Sequence record: MN342151.1
From: Escherichia phage vB_EcoM_3HA14
DNA: 64,000 nucleotides
Reading direction: 5' to 3' (one strand)
A program made the position numbers and the translations under genes. The notes under the pieces are model-generated. The model was not told where the DNA came from and searched no databases. It saw only the letters and a list, made by a program, of their open reading frames with translations. Numbering within the stretch: position 1 is the first letter of the stretch; each line of letters starts with the position of its first letter. This document shows, piece by piece, positions 1 through 9,512 of the stretch.

Positions 1-2
1 AT

Positions 3-2192
3 ATTAAGATTAACGCCAAAACTAAACGTGCTCTTGATAATGAGTACCTCAAGCTTAAGAAGTGTGGTGTTGACACTTATGAAACCTACATGCGAGCTAA
101 AGAAACATCCTTCTGGATGAGTCAGCAAGCTATCAACGGTTGGAAAGCTGATGTAGAACTTATGCAGTTCCACGTTAAAGAACTTGACAAGTTAACTAAC
201 GAGTTGGCTGCTGAGGTTGAACCACACCTTCCACCAACTATTAAGACAAAAGGTAAAGTCACAGGTGAAGAATTTGCCAAGTCTTGGAACGAGTATGTAG
301 ATACATTTGGTCACGTTGATGGTTTGAAAAGGATTACCAAGTACCCTAAGACAAAGTATCGTGAACAGATGCGTGAAGGTGAGTTGAAGCAGTACCCTAT
401 CAAGCCGTATGGTAAGCCAACTACAAAGATTTTTAATGTTGAGAAGCGCAACTGCTACACTCCAACTAACACGGTCACAAAAGAAGAGTACCCTGAAGGT
501 TTTGTAGCAATGAAAGATGCTCGTGCAGTTTGTAATGAACTGAATGAGAAGATTGGCAAGAAGTGTAAAGATTGGAAGCCAGTTAAGACTGTGAAAACTG
601 TGAAGTACTACAACGTTCACGTTGTTAATCACTTTGAGTTAGAGTCTAGTCGCTACACTGGTTTGATTGATGCACCATTCACACCAATTGAGTTTGAAGT
701 TTCACGAATGACTCAGGTAGCTGTGGTGAAGGATTACTTAAAATCCGTTGGCTGGATTCCTGATGATTGGAACTATAAAAAAGATTCTGACGGTCGTCCT
801 ATCAAGGTTTGCAGGTTCAAAGACAACAAAAAGATGATTCGCAAACATCCTAAGTGGGATGAGATGGTTGAACGTTGTGGGTTGAACTATATTGAGCATG
901 AAGGTGTCTACTACATCGAGCATAACTGGTCTGTTAAGAAGTACACAGATGTGCTTGAGCCTTGCTTGATTAGGACTTCACCAAAGCTTACAGAATCTTC
1001 TTATGATACAATCGAAGGTGAGCTTGGACAGAAGATTGCGAAGTACTATACTTTGATGCACCGACGCAGGACTATCGAGAACTCAAAGGATGATGAGAAA
1101 GGTTGGCTGAACCAGATTCGTCCAGATGGTCGTTTGAGTGCAGGTGCAATGGTGTTTGGTACTTCTACTGGACGTATGACTCAGTATGGTATTGTGAACG
1201 TACCTTCTGGTGCTGCTGTGTACGGTGAGCCAATGAGGGCAGTGTGGATTTGTGAAGAGGGAACCAACGTAGTATCTGTTGATATGAACTCTGCACAGCT
1301 TGTACTACTCTGTAACTTCATGGGTGATAAAGACTTCACCAAAGCGGTAACAGAGGGTAAAGAAGAGATTGAGTTTGTCCGTCAAGAGGATGGAAGATAC
1401 TACTGTAAACACTTTGACCAGTATCTGAATCCAGAGATTGACAAGTATCTGCGTTACGACTCTGAAAACGATTTGTACGTAGTTTACTCAGGGACTGATG
1501 CTCACACTCTGAACAGTATCTACTTCAGCCTTAATGATGAGCAAGATATCTTGACTTGTCGTGCTACTCAGGATGAGAATCTTCTTCATGAGATTAGCAA
1601 GGGACGTAAGAAAGCTAAGAATGGTATCTATGCTTTGTTGTTCGGTGCAGGTGATGAGAAGTTTGCTAAAACAATTAAAGCAGCAACTACTCAGGAAGGT
1701 GCATTGACTAAGCAGACTTACTTTGTGCGTTTACCGAAGATTAAGAAACTGTTAGACAACTTGGAAGCTGATTTCAAAGCAACTAAGAAAGCACTTGAAG
1801 AGGTGTTTGGTAAAACTGCTGCAATCTCTAAAGGTGGTTTTGTGAAGGTTGCTGGGGCTTGGCTGTGGTGTAAGTCTCCACACAAACTCTTGAACTATTT
1901 GCTGATGGGTTCAGAAGCACAAGTTCAGAATGAAGCAATCAACCTTGCATGTCGTCGTATGATTGACGAAGGTTTGATGAAGTTGAATGGTCGTAAACCA
2001 GCTATTGGTGCTCGCTTACTCTGTGCTTACCACGATGAAACAAGCTGGGAATGTCCAGAGAGCATGACAGCAGATGTGAAAGCAGTAACTGACTGGTATT
2101 ATGGTCAAGCATCTAAGAACCTTGGGCTAAGAAAAGAGACATTGGTCACAGGTGCAGGGAAAGTTGGTAAATCGTGGCTTGAAGTCCACTAA
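3..2192 (+). CDS. DNA polymerase, family A (5'-truncated; gene continues upstream of window)
   Basis: Reading frame is open from window position 3 with no upstream stop. Pol A-like motifs seen: VSVDMNSAQL (motif A-like), RKKAKNGIYALLFGAG (motif B-like), LLCAYHDE (motif C-like). Confidence 0.85.
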   Translation: MKINAKTKRALDNEYLKLKKCGVDTYETYMRAKETSFWMSQQAINGWKADVELMQFHVKELDKLTNELAAEVEPHLPPTIKTKGKVTGEEFAKSWNEYVDTFGHVDGLKRITKYPKTKYREQMREGELKQYPIKPYGKPTTKIFNVEKRNCYTPTNTVTKEEYPEGFVAMKDARAVCNELNEKIGKKCKDWKPVKTVKTVKYYNVHVVNHFELESSRYTGLIDAPFTPIEFEVSRMTQVAVVKDYLKSVGWIPDDWNYKKDSDGRPIKVCRFKDNKKMIRKHPKWDEMVERCGLNYIEHEGVYYIEHNWSVKKYTDVLEPCLIRTSPKLTESSYDTIEGELGQKIAKYYTLMHRRRTIENSKDDEKGWLNQIRPDGRLSAGAMVFGTSTGRMTQYGIVNVPSGAAVYGEPMRAVWICEEGTNVVSVDMNSAQLVLLCNFMGDKDFTKAVTEGKEEIEFVRQEDGRYYCKHFDQYLNPEIDKYLRYDSENDLYVVYSGTDAHTLNSIYFSLNDEQDILTCRATQDENLLHEISKGRKKAKNGIYALLFGAGDEKFAKTIKAATTQEGALTKQTYFVRLPKIKKLLDNLEADFKATKKALEEVFGKTAAISKGGFVKVAGAWLWCKSPHKLLNYLLMGSEAQVQNEAINLACRRMIDEGLMKLNGRKPAIGARLLCAYHDETSWECPESMTADVKAVTDWYYGQASKNLGLRKETLVTGAGKVGKSWLEVH

Positions 2193-2197
2193 TAGTA

Positions 2198-2232
2198 TTG
2201 ACAAGGTGCTCATGGAAGAGTACCTTATACTA
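2198..2232 (+). promoter_or_regulatory. Possible sigma70-type promoter upstream of first small early gene
   Basis: TTGACA at 2198-2203; -10 candidates TACCTT/TATACT downstream with imperfect spacing; followed by AGGAG RBS and ATG at 2254. Confidence 0.25.
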
Positions 2233-2253
2233 TATATTGTATAGGAGACTTGT

Positions 2254-2454
2254 ATGACTATTTCAGAAATTGAAGTTCAACTGCAATGTGCTGGATATTC
2301 TCAAAGTGAGATTGAGGCTATGTGCATCATCATTTGCAGTAGCCATAAGCACCTCAAGCTTTCTAATGAAAATCTTCGCAAGGTTGATATTTTTATTGCT
2401 GGAGGTAAGATTATCAAGGATAAGACAGGCTACCTTAAAGGTGAACGTCTATGA
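2254..2454 (+). CDS. hypothetical protein (66 aa)
   Basis: ORF with AGGAG RBS 7 nt upstream; first gene after polymerase. Confidence 0.35.
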   Translation: MTISEIEVQLQCAGYSQSEIEAMCIIICSSHKHLKLSNENLRKVDIFIAGGKIIKDKTGYLKGERL

Positions 2455-2660
2455 GCCATCGTGGAAGAACTCATCTCGCCATGATGCAAGGTGCTTCAAA
2501 AGAGACTATCAAGAATCGGAAGAAAACTCTTTTTGACAGAATGAATAGACTCATCGATAATGCAAGCCTACCTAACTCTGAAAAGGTTTTCTTGAAAGGG
2601 AATCTGAAGAGTATTGCACAGGAACTTATTGACATTGAATTTTGGAGACACCAAAAATGA
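2451..2660 (+). CDS. hypothetical protein (69 aa)
   Basis: Start overlaps preceding stop (ATGA), suggesting translational coupling. Confidence 0.35.
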   Translation: MSHRGRTHLAMMQGASKETIKNRKKTLFDRMNRLIDNASLPNSEKVFLKGNLKSIAQELIDIEFWRHQK

Positions 2661-2848
2661 CATACGAAGAAGCTCTCGAAGCTATGAAACAGGGCAAGAA
2701 AGTTCGAAATGAAAATTTCACATCTGATGAGTTCTTTGAAATAAAAGACGGAAAGGTTGTATGTGAAATGGGTTACCCAATGGCTGCATGGTACAAGGGG
2801 GAACCTTGGCAGAAAACTGGATGGAGTATCTTTAATGAAACTTTATAG
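2657..2848 (+). CDS. small protein with DUF2829-like N-terminal motif (candidate Tad2-like)
   Basis: Chose internal ATG 2657 with GGAG RBS. N-terminus MTYEEALEAMKQGKKVRNENF resembles the conserved start recalled for DUF2829 phage proteins; assignment from memory only. Confidence 0.4.
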   Translation: MTYEEALEAMKQGKKVRNENFTSDEFFEIKDGKVVCEMGYPMAAWYKGEPWQKTGWSIFNETL

Positions 2849-2967
2849 CATTTGGGGAAGAGTTGGTGAAGGTTATGACTGGACTCTTCTTAAAACAAAT
2901 GTTAAAAGTAACGAGATAGCTTACTACAAAATCTATTACCATAAAACTTTTAGAGAGGTAGAGTATC

Positions 2968-3219
2968 GTGAGCAATAAAGAGCAAGAAGCTTTAGCAATC
3001 TTCAAGAGCGAAGACAAATCAATAGCTTTTGTCTCAGAGGCTTGGTGCAGGGATTTGGGGTATGATTGGTATCTCTTCTTATGCGCTAAGAAAGATGTTA
3101 AACCAGTTGATGAAACCCGATTCAAAGAACTGTATAATATCTGCCAAGAGGGTTATGAAGAACATTACGAAGGTTCTTTGAATCCTGTAAATTCAAAAGC
3201 TTCAGATTTATTTTATTGA
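2968..3219 (+). CDS. hypothetical protein (83 aa)
   Basis: ORF in co-directional early gene block. Confidence 0.35.
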   Translation: MSNKEQEALAIFKSEDKSIAFVSEAWCRDLGYDWYLFLCAKKDVKPVDETRFKELYNICQEGYEEHYEGSLNPVNSKASDLFY

Positions 3220-3229
3220 GAGGTTTGAA

Positions 3230-3475
3230 ATGTTAAAATTATTGATACCAGCTTTAGTAGTCCTACTGGTTGGATGTAACCCTTCTTATGAGAATAAGGA
3301 TGCTTCTTACAGACTTCCTCCAGAAATGCAAGACTGCAAGATTTATAAACTTAATGGTGATGCCATTAGCAGGGATGTTATTGTAGTTCGCTGCCCAAAT
3401 TCTCAGACGACAACTTCTTACAAGTATGGGAAGAATAGTCAGTCACACACCACAGTTTTTGATGGGGGATATTAA
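3230..3475 (+). CDS. putative lipoprotein (81 aa)
   Basis: N-terminus MLKLLIPALVVLLVGCN has a signal sequence plus lipobox (LVGC); GAGG RBS upstream. Confidence 0.5.
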   Translation: MLKLLIPALVVLLVGCNPSYENKDASYRLPPEMQDCKIYKLNGDAISRDVIVVRCPNSQTTTSYKYGKNSQSHTTVFDGGY

Positions 3476-3476
3476 T

Positions 3477-3683
3477 ATGCAGGTTCTGGTAAACTTTATC
3501 TATAAGTATGAAAACATCTTCAGCACTATGACTGTAGCTCAACGCAATCCAGTTATTCCACGAGAAGGGGAGACTGTTGAGATTAATGATTGGAACTACA
3601 GAGTTGAAGAGGTCAAGCATAAACTTAAAGATGGTTATGACCACCAAGTTGTAAATGTGTATTTAAAAGGTAAGTGGCAATGA
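3477..3683 (+). CDS. hypothetical protein (68 aa)
   Basis: ORF-track start at 3426 overlaps the lipoprotein gene; internal ATG 3477 has a GGGGGA RBS and abuts the upstream stop. Confidence 0.35.
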   Translation: MQVLVNFIYKYENIFSTMTVAQRNPVIPREGETVEINDWNYRVEEVKHKLKDGYDHQVVNVYLKGKWQ

Positions 3684-4213
3684 GTGAAAAAAGGTTATTC
3701 AAAGAGTCCTACAGTAATCTGAAGATGGGTTATCAAGGCTACTCAATACCTTGGTATGAAGATAAGAAAAAACAGTATTCAAACCCTTTTATATATCAAC
3801 CTGTAAAACTCTCTGTACTGGAGTTTTGGCATGAAACTGGAGCTACGCCATACCAATTTGACAACATGGAATATGCGCGTATTTGTAAAAGTCTTGGTGC
3901 AAGACAAGTTGATAATATCATTGAACATTTGAAGGATTTGTATAAAGATTTTGCTGGATACTTATACGAGAAACAGTTTGGGGAGTGCTTAAAATACCCA
4001 GATGGGTCACTTGTTCTGCTCTCATACATGTCTAATGGTAACATAAAAATTGCATACAAAGACCTGTGTGATAACTACTATGATTTTTATACTAGATTGA
4101 GACTACCATACCCAGATAGCTCCTTTTCCTTATCTAGCAATGCAATGACGCACTCTGGGAATATTGTTTCTGTTGAAAAATTAAAAAAGACGTGGGAGAA
4201 GAAAAATAAATGA
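3674..4213 (+). CDS. hypothetical protein (179 aa)
   Basis: Long ORF; start overlaps the previous stop. Confidence 0.45.
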   Translation: MAMSEKRLFKESYSNLKMGYQGYSIPWYEDKKKQYSNPFIYQPVKLSVLEFWHETGATPYQFDNMEYARICKSLGARQVDNIIEHLKDLYKDFAGYLYEKQFGECLKYPDGSLVLLSYMSNGNIKIAYKDLCDNYYDFYTRLRLPYPDSSFSLSSNAMTHSGNIVSVEKLKKTWEKKNK

Positions 4214-5310
4214 CAATTCTGTACAAACAAAATAAAGATGGTTCTTTCAACGTCTGGTCATGTGTTGCTGTAGGTGATAAAGTCGTCACAACTTATGGTA
4301 AAGAAAATGGCAAGATGATGTTTGAAGAGTACACAGCAGAGCCAAAGAACATCGGTAAGAAGAATGAGCGTAATGCTGAACAGCAAGCTCTTTTTGAAGT
4401 TGCTGCTAAGTACAAGAAGCAGGTTGACCGTAAAGGGTATGCTTACACAAAATCTGAAGCAGAGAATGTTGAAAAGGTTGGTGTACAGCTTGCTCAGGAT
4501 GCTTCCAAGATAAGTCACAAGAAGTATCTGGTATTTCCTGCCGATGCTCAACCTAAACTTGATGGGGTTCGTTGCAGGATTTCAAGAGATGCTGACTCAG
4601 AAAGTTTTACGGCATATTCTCGTGAGAACACGGTATACAACATTCCTGTAGAGTTGATTCCTGATGTTCTTCTTATGCTGAAACTGCACAAAGATGTTGA
4701 AGATTTCGATGGTGAGATTTATGCTCATGGTTGGGACTTGGAAGATATTGTATCTATGATTAAGAATGCTGACAATCCAGACCGTCACCTTCTTAAATTC
4801 TACTGGTATGATATCTGTGACAAGACTAAATCTTGGCCTGAGCGTCGTGAAGTTATTGATAATTCACCAATCGTTGAACTCGGTGATGCTTGCAGGGTTG
4901 TACCTGTTCAGACAATCCGTGTTAACTCTTGGGAAGAATTTGATAATGCTCATGACAACTGGGTTAAACTCAAGTTTGAAGGGGCAATGTATCGGTCAAT
5001 CTCACCAGATTCGTTCTATGAGTGTGGTCATCGCTCTTACTTCCTGATTAAGCACAAGAAGATGCACACACAGGAATTTAAAGTAACGGGTGTAAAGACT
5101 GATAAACGTGGTCATGGTAAGTTCGTTGTAGAGACTCTTCCTAACGTCTTTGTAGATGTTTCATGGAAAACTACACACGAGAAGAAAAAGTATCTTGCTG
5201 AACATCCTGAAGAGTTTATCGGGAAGCCTTTAACGGTTCAGTTCCAGAAGATGACTCGTAAGGGTTCTTTACAGTTCCCTGTTGGGCTAGTAATTCGAGA
5301 CTATGAATAG
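4210..5310 (+). CDS. ATP-dependent DNA ligase
   Basis: Adenylation motif I KxDG present as PKLDGVRC; size (366 aa) fits compact phage ligases. Confidence 0.8.
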   Translation: MTILYKQNKDGSFNVWSCVAVGDKVVTTYGKENGKMMFEEYTAEPKNIGKKNERNAEQQALFEVAAKYKKQVDRKGYAYTKSEAENVEKVGVQLAQDASKISHKKYLVFPADAQPKLDGVRCRISRDADSESFTAYSRENTVYNIPVELIPDVLLMLKLHKDVEDFDGEIYAHGWDLEDIVSMIKNADNPDRHLLKFYWYDICDKTKSWPERREVIDNSPIVELGDACRVVPVQTIRVNSWEEFDNAHDNWVKLKFEGAMYRSISPDSFYECGHRSYFLIKHKKMHTQEFKVTGVKTDKRGHGKFVVETLPNVFVDVSWKTTHEKKKYLAEHPEEFIGKPLTVQFQKMTRKGSLQFPVGLVIRDYE

Positions 5311-5318
5311 AGGTTAGT

Positions 5319-5468
5319 ATGTTTAGCACAATTATCCTGTTTGTTTTTGTTGTTTTATCATTATCTTACTTCATAAGTAAACTTTTAAGCATAACATACA
5401 AAGCAGCCTTAGCCCTTACTCTGTTGTCATTTGCAGTAAATGCAGCAGTTAGAATGTATTTAGTATAA
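5319..5468 (+). CDS. small hydrophobic protein (49 aa)
   Basis: Not in ORF track (under 60 aa). ATG 5319; product MFSTIILFVFVVLSLSYFISKLL... is largely hydrophobic. Confidence 0.3.
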   Translation: MFSTIILFVFVVLSLSYFISKLLSITYKAALALTLLSFAVNAAVRMYLV

Positions 5469-5473
5469 AATTG

Positions 5474-5501
5474 TTGACATGAGTAACCTGACGGGTATAC
5501 T
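5474..5501 (+). promoter_or_regulatory. sigma70-like promoter inside a palindrome
   Basis: TTGACA (5474-5479), 16-nt spacer, TATACT (5496-5501). Flanked by inverted repeat CTGACGGG...CCCGTCAG with inner CTATATAG palindromes; GGAGG RBS before ATG 5546. Confidence 0.5.
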
Positions 5502-5545
5502 ACCTATATAGAAAATTATATAGGAACCCGTCAGAAACCTCGGAG

Positions 5546-5932
5546 GTGTTTATGAAAAAGTTACTTGTTGGTGTCATTGCTATTGGTATGAGTTTTAGTG
5601 CAGCAGCTATGAAGATGCCTGAAGCAAACTTTAATGGTGTCGCTTTAGAATCTTGTAAGATTGTACAGAAAATCGCTTCAAATGCTGGAGAGTTGACTAA
5701 ACCGTTGTCTGCTCAGACTGTTCAAGAAATGACTGATAAGATGGTTGACTACAACTACCATTTTATGGGAGATTACTATGACAGATTAGCAGATGAGATG
5801 GTTACTCAGAACGTTGACCTTCTTGATAGCAAAGGTATTGAGACTGTAGAAGATGTGAAAGACAATTTTATGCGTGAGTCTTTCAAAGGTGTTCAATACT
5901 TTATTGAAAATCGTCACTGCATGGGTTTATAA
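5546..5932 (+). CDS. secreted or periplasmic protein (128 aa)
   Basis: N-terminal signal-peptide-like segment MFMKKLLVGVIAIGMSFSAAA; own promoter and strong RBS. Confidence 0.5.
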   Translation: MFMKKLLVGVIAIGMSFSAAAMKMPEANFNGVALESCKIVQKIASNAGELTKPLSAQTVQEMTDKMVDYNYHFMGDYYDRLADEMVTQNVDLLDSKGIETVEDVKDNFMRESFKGVQYFIENRHCMGL

Positions 5933-5934
5933 TC

Positions 5935-6138
5935 ATGAAGAAGAACATCTGTAGAGCAGACTACGGTGAAGTAGTCGATGATGACGGAGTAGTTATTTAC
6001 AGAGTTTGGGCAAGTGATTATTCAACCGTTGTAGAGTCTTTAGATAACTACATCAATGGGACTCGTGAAAACGTCAGAGCAACTAATCTTGATTCGTTAA
6101 TAGACACTTCTCGAAAACGGAGAAAGAAAGATGAATGA
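5935..6138 (+). CDS. hypothetical protein (67 aa)
   Basis: ORF in early block. Confidence 0.35.
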   Translation: MKKNICRADYGEVVDDDGVVIYRVWASDYSTVVESLDNYINGTRENVRATNLDSLIDTSRKRRKKDE

Positions 6139-6430
6139 AGTCTTTGACCCATATGCACCTCAAGATTCTTGGGAGGCTGATAGAGAGGCTGAAATGGAGA
6201 ATTATGTCTGTCCAATGGATATAGAAGAGATGAAAGACTTTGTATCTTTCAGATTCTCTAAAGAGATTGAGAAGCTAAAACTTTCTCAGGCTCAAGTAGC
6301 AACTGTTTGTGAAATCTCACAGAGTCGTGTATCAAATATCATTAACGACCCTCAAAAGATTTCTTTAGAGTACATGCTTAATGCTTGTACAAAACTTGGT
6401 GTAAATTTTAACTTAAGGCTGGCAGATTAA
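6131..6430 (+). CDS. putative HTH DNA-binding protein (99 aa)
   Basis: C-terminal segment LSQAQVATVCEISQSRVSNIIN resembles an XRE-type helix-turn-helix. Confidence 0.45.
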   Translation: MNEVFDPYAPQDSWEADREAEMENYVCPMDIEEMKDFVSFRFSKEIEKLKLSQAQVATVCEISQSRVSNIINDPQKISLEYMLNACTKLGVNFNLRLAD

Positions 6431-6431
6431 T

Positions 6432-6791
6432 ATGAAACGTGAAAATGCAATCTTTAACGATAACTTTGCAATTGGCTTCTATGGTAAACCAACTCCAGCA
6501 GAGAAGCTTTATGGTAATGCAATTCTGGAGACCTTGAAAGAGGTTTACACAACTGGTGGTATGAAGCATACTGAAGCAAACCGTGTAAGAGGTTATATGG
6601 CAATTGGCTCTGCAATCTCTAACATCAAACTTGAAACTACAAGTGCTAAAAAGGTACGAGACCACTTCATCAAAGAGTTGTCAGAGAACCTAGATGGTGT
6701 TGAAGTCAAGGCTGTCTGGTTAGATGTTGATGGTCACAACTATACAACTTTTGTGTTTAAAAATGAGGATATCAAATGTCTCTTCCCTTAA
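6432..6791 (+). CDS. hypothetical protein (119 aa)
   Basis: ORF in early block. Confidence 0.4.
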   Translation: MKRENAIFNDNFAIGFYGKPTPAEKLYGNAILETLKEVYTTGGMKHTEANRVRGYMAIGSAISNIKLETTSAKKVRDHFIKELSENLDGVEVKAVWLDVDGHNYTTFVFKNEDIKCLFP

Positions 6792-7279
6792 AACTCGATT
6801 TATACTTTGGGTACAGTGTATTGCAAGGCAGCATACTATCACTACCAAAGTCAGATTATCGTTGTGATTTAGGTTCTGTGAAACGTGCATCACACTTTAA
6901 CAACAATATCTTAGGCTTGCAGACACTTCACAGGTGGCTTGAGGAAGATGGACGGTTAAATGAATATCTTCACCAACTAGAACTAGCCAAAGAAGAGGGG
7001 CATATGGGTTGGAATTTACTACCCCATCTGTACAAACCTGCAAGTCCTATGGAGATACGCTATAACGAACAATCTGTTGATAGTTATAACAAATATAATA
7101 TAACTATTGGCTCAAGACCTTGGAAGGAGTATGGAAAGCTCCGTGAAATCATTATACAGACTATTGGAAAGCGTGTAGCAAAAGGTATTGCTTATGATGA
7201 AAAGGTTGACTGGAATACACAAAAGTGTATAAAATTCTTCAAGTACGATAATGACAAAGATACTTTTGTAGAGGTTTAA
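6776..7279 (+). CDS. hypothetical protein (167 aa)
   Basis: ORF in early block. Confidence 0.4.
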   Translation: MSLPLKLDLYFGYSVLQGSILSLPKSDYRCDLGSVKRASHFNNNILGLQTLHRWLEEDGRLNEYLHQLELAKEEGHMGWNLLPHLYKPASPMEIRYNEQSVDSYNKYNITIGSRPWKEYGKLREIIIQTIGKRVAKGIAYDEKVDWNTQKCIKFFKYDNDKDTFVEV

Positions 7280-7280
7280 C

Positions 7281-7796
7281 ATGAAAATTGGAATTACCCT
7301 TTGCCAGCCTGAAGCAGAGTTCTTGAAATCAATGTTGTCTGAGCATATGAAGTCCACAAATCACACTGAGAAGACATTCTTGATTGACACTAACTATGAT
7401 GCAGGAACTATTGAGTTCATTGATGAAGACACTGCTGATTCTCTGTGTGTTCTTCCTGCTCACTTATTTACTCCAGAGCTACGTGAAAGTCGTTCTATTG
7501 AAGTTAATCTGGAGCCAAGTATTGAACTGTACTCAGATACACAGTATCCAAGAAGCTTTAAAGCATTGCTAAACATCTTCGTAGCTGATATTGTAGAGAT
7601 TGTTAAACAGACTGAAGGTGGTCATGTAGTAACTGCTGAGTATGAACAAGGCACTATCAAACTGACAGGTGACTTTGGTTCTATGAGTTTCTTAGACTTT
7701 GTTCCAAAACACTTTGAAGACTTTCTATCAAGTGAAGTTGATGACCTCGATTTCATACTAAAATTTGAACGCACTTTTAAGGTAAACAAAAAATGA
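7281..7796 (+). CDS. hypothetical acidic protein (171 aa)
   Basis: ORF; product rich in D/E. Confidence 0.4.
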   Translation: MKIGITLCQPEAEFLKSMLSEHMKSTNHTEKTFLIDTNYDAGTIEFIDEDTADSLCVLPAHLFTPELRESRSIEVNLEPSIELYSDTQYPRSFKALLNIFVADIVEIVKQTEGGHVVTAEYEQGTIKLTGDFGSMSFLDFVPKHFEDFLSSEVDDLDFILKFERTFKVNKK

Positions 7797-8065
7797 AAAT
7801 CTTAAGCGGAGTATCACAGTGTTACATGAATGATGGTGAGCCAGTTAAATGCTGCCATTGTGGAGGTGAGAACTTCCAAGGTGAAGTTTCAGAGATTGTC
7901 TCTGGCAATATCGCTGAAGAGTACACCCGTTGCTGTGGATGTGGAAAGATTTTATCTTTTTGGGCTTATGGAAGTTATGAACCACAACCTCACCTTATTT
8001 ACCATCCAAACAGGATTGTGAAGCGTGTTCTGAACTGGTTCATTATCAAAGGATTTACAAAATGA
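7793..8065 (+). CDS. Cys-rich zinc-ribbon-like protein (90 aa)
   Basis: Paired CxxC-like motifs (CCHCGG ... CCGCG). Confidence 0.4.
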   Translation: MKILSGVSQCYMNDGEPVKCCHCGGENFQGEVSEIVSGNIAEEYTRCCGCGKILSFWAYGSYEPQPHLIYHPNRIVKRVLNWFIIKGFTK

Positions 8066-8607
8066 TTAAGTTAATTTTTGCAAGTGGTATTAACGGGGAG
8101 TTTGGCACAGCTACTGGAATGCCTTGGCCTCGTAATAAACAAGATATGGCAGAGTTTAAGAAGCAGACTGTTAACCAGTTAGTCTTGATGGGTAGCGAAA
8201 CTTGGAAGACTCTTGGGAGCAAGCCTTTGCCAAACCGTGAGAATATTGTCTTGACAAACTCTCTTGACTTTTACGGTCTGGACTTTAAAGATGACTCTCA
8301 TTGTAAAGCAAGAGTTAAGCCTGAAGCTTTTGGGGCTTTCCTGAAGTATATTGATAGCTCTATTGATGAAGATGTTTTAGTAATCGGTGGAGCCAATATC
8401 TTAATCTCAGCTTTGCCGTATGCTGACGTAGTTTTCCACAGTGTTATTAAGGAAGTTACTGAAGAGGCTACTGTCAAGCTACCTTATGAGGGTTTCTTCC
8501 AGTACTTGTATGACACAGAGTTATTTGCTAAAGTACAGTCCAAACCTTCAGAAGATAAGTCTGTTGTGTTTGATACCTATGTTCCACAAGTAAGAGGACG
8601 TTTCTAA
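8062..8607 (+). CDS. folA: dihydrofolate reductase
   Basis: N-terminus MIKLIFASGINGEFG..MPW...LVLMGSETW..LG..PLPNRENIVLT matches the DHFR family pattern; sits next to thymidylate synthase. Confidence 0.8.
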   Translation: MIKLIFASGINGEFGTATGMPWPRNKQDMAEFKKQTVNQLVLMGSETWKTLGSKPLPNRENIVLTNSLDFYGLDFKDDSHCKARVKPEAFGAFLKYIDSSIDEDVLVIGGANILISALPYADVVFHSVIKEVTEEATVKLPYEGFFQYLYDTELFAKVQSKPSEDKSVVFDTYVPQVRGRF

Positions 8608-8608
8608 T

Positions 8609-9508
8609 ATGTCACAAGCAGATGTAAGCTACAAAGCTATTTTAAACCATGTTTTATCAGTTGGTGAGTTGCGTAAAACCCGAACTGGCTCAGTGATTTC
8701 AACCTTTGCTCCACCTGAGTTCCGTTTTGATATGCGTAGTGGATTTCCATTAATCACCTCAAAACAAACATTCATGCGTCAAGTCCTCGGTGAAGCATTA
8801 TGGTTTATGAACGGTGAAAACCAACTAGGCCATTTGCGTTACAGAACTTGGGGAGAGAACGACGGAGAGCGTTGGACTATCTGGACAGATGATTTTAAAC
8901 GTTGGTTGAAAACAACCTATGCTACAGAGAATGATTGGCTGGAGGATGCTGGAGGAAGAATCTATGGAGTCCAATGGAGAGCCTACGAAGGTCATGGTGG
9001 CGTTGTTGTAGACCAGTTGAGTAATCTTGTAGAGAAGATGAGAAAGTCTCCTACAGACCGTTACATGCTCGTTAACGCATGGAATGCAGCAGATATCTCA
9101 AGTAACTCTATGGCATTAGCACCTTGCCATGTACTTTTTCAGATTTATATCTCGAACACTAATGAGGTGGATTTGAAATGGTATCAGCGTTCTTGTGATA
9201 CGTTCTTAGGGTTACCATTTAACATTGCTTCCTATGCCTTTATCTTGGAAGTGTTGTGTAAACTGACGGGATATACACCGCGATATCTGGTAGGGACTTA
9301 TGGTGATACTCAAATCTATCAGAACCATATGTCACAGGTTTTTCAGCTTCTTGGCAATGAAGAGTTCCCAGCACCTAAGTTTGAAATTCATCAAGATTTG
9401 AAGTCTCTTGAAGACTTGAGACATATGACAGCAGATGACTTCCTAGGTGGGTTGAAAGGGTATAAACATGCTGGTAAGATTGAAGCACCTTTATCAGTAG
9501 GTAAGTAG
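8609..9508 (+). CDS. thyA: thymidylate synthase
   Basis: Catalytic-site region ALAPCHVLFQ and QRSCDTFLGLPFNIASYA closely match ThyA conserved blocks. Confidence 0.9.
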   Translation: MSQADVSYKAILNHVLSVGELRKTRTGSVISTFAPPEFRFDMRSGFPLITSKQTFMRQVLGEALWFMNGENQLGHLRYRTWGENDGERWTIWTDDFKRWLKTTYATENDWLEDAGGRIYGVQWRAYEGHGGVVVDQLSNLVEKMRKSPTDRYMLVNAWNAADISSNSMALAPCHVLFQIYISNTNEVDLKWYQRSCDTFLGLPFNIASYAFILEVLCKLTGYTPRYLVGTYGDTQIYQNHMSQVFQLLGNEEFPAPKFEIHQDLKSLEDLRHMTADDFLGGLKGYKHAGKIEAPLSVGK

Positions 9509-9512
9509 AAAC

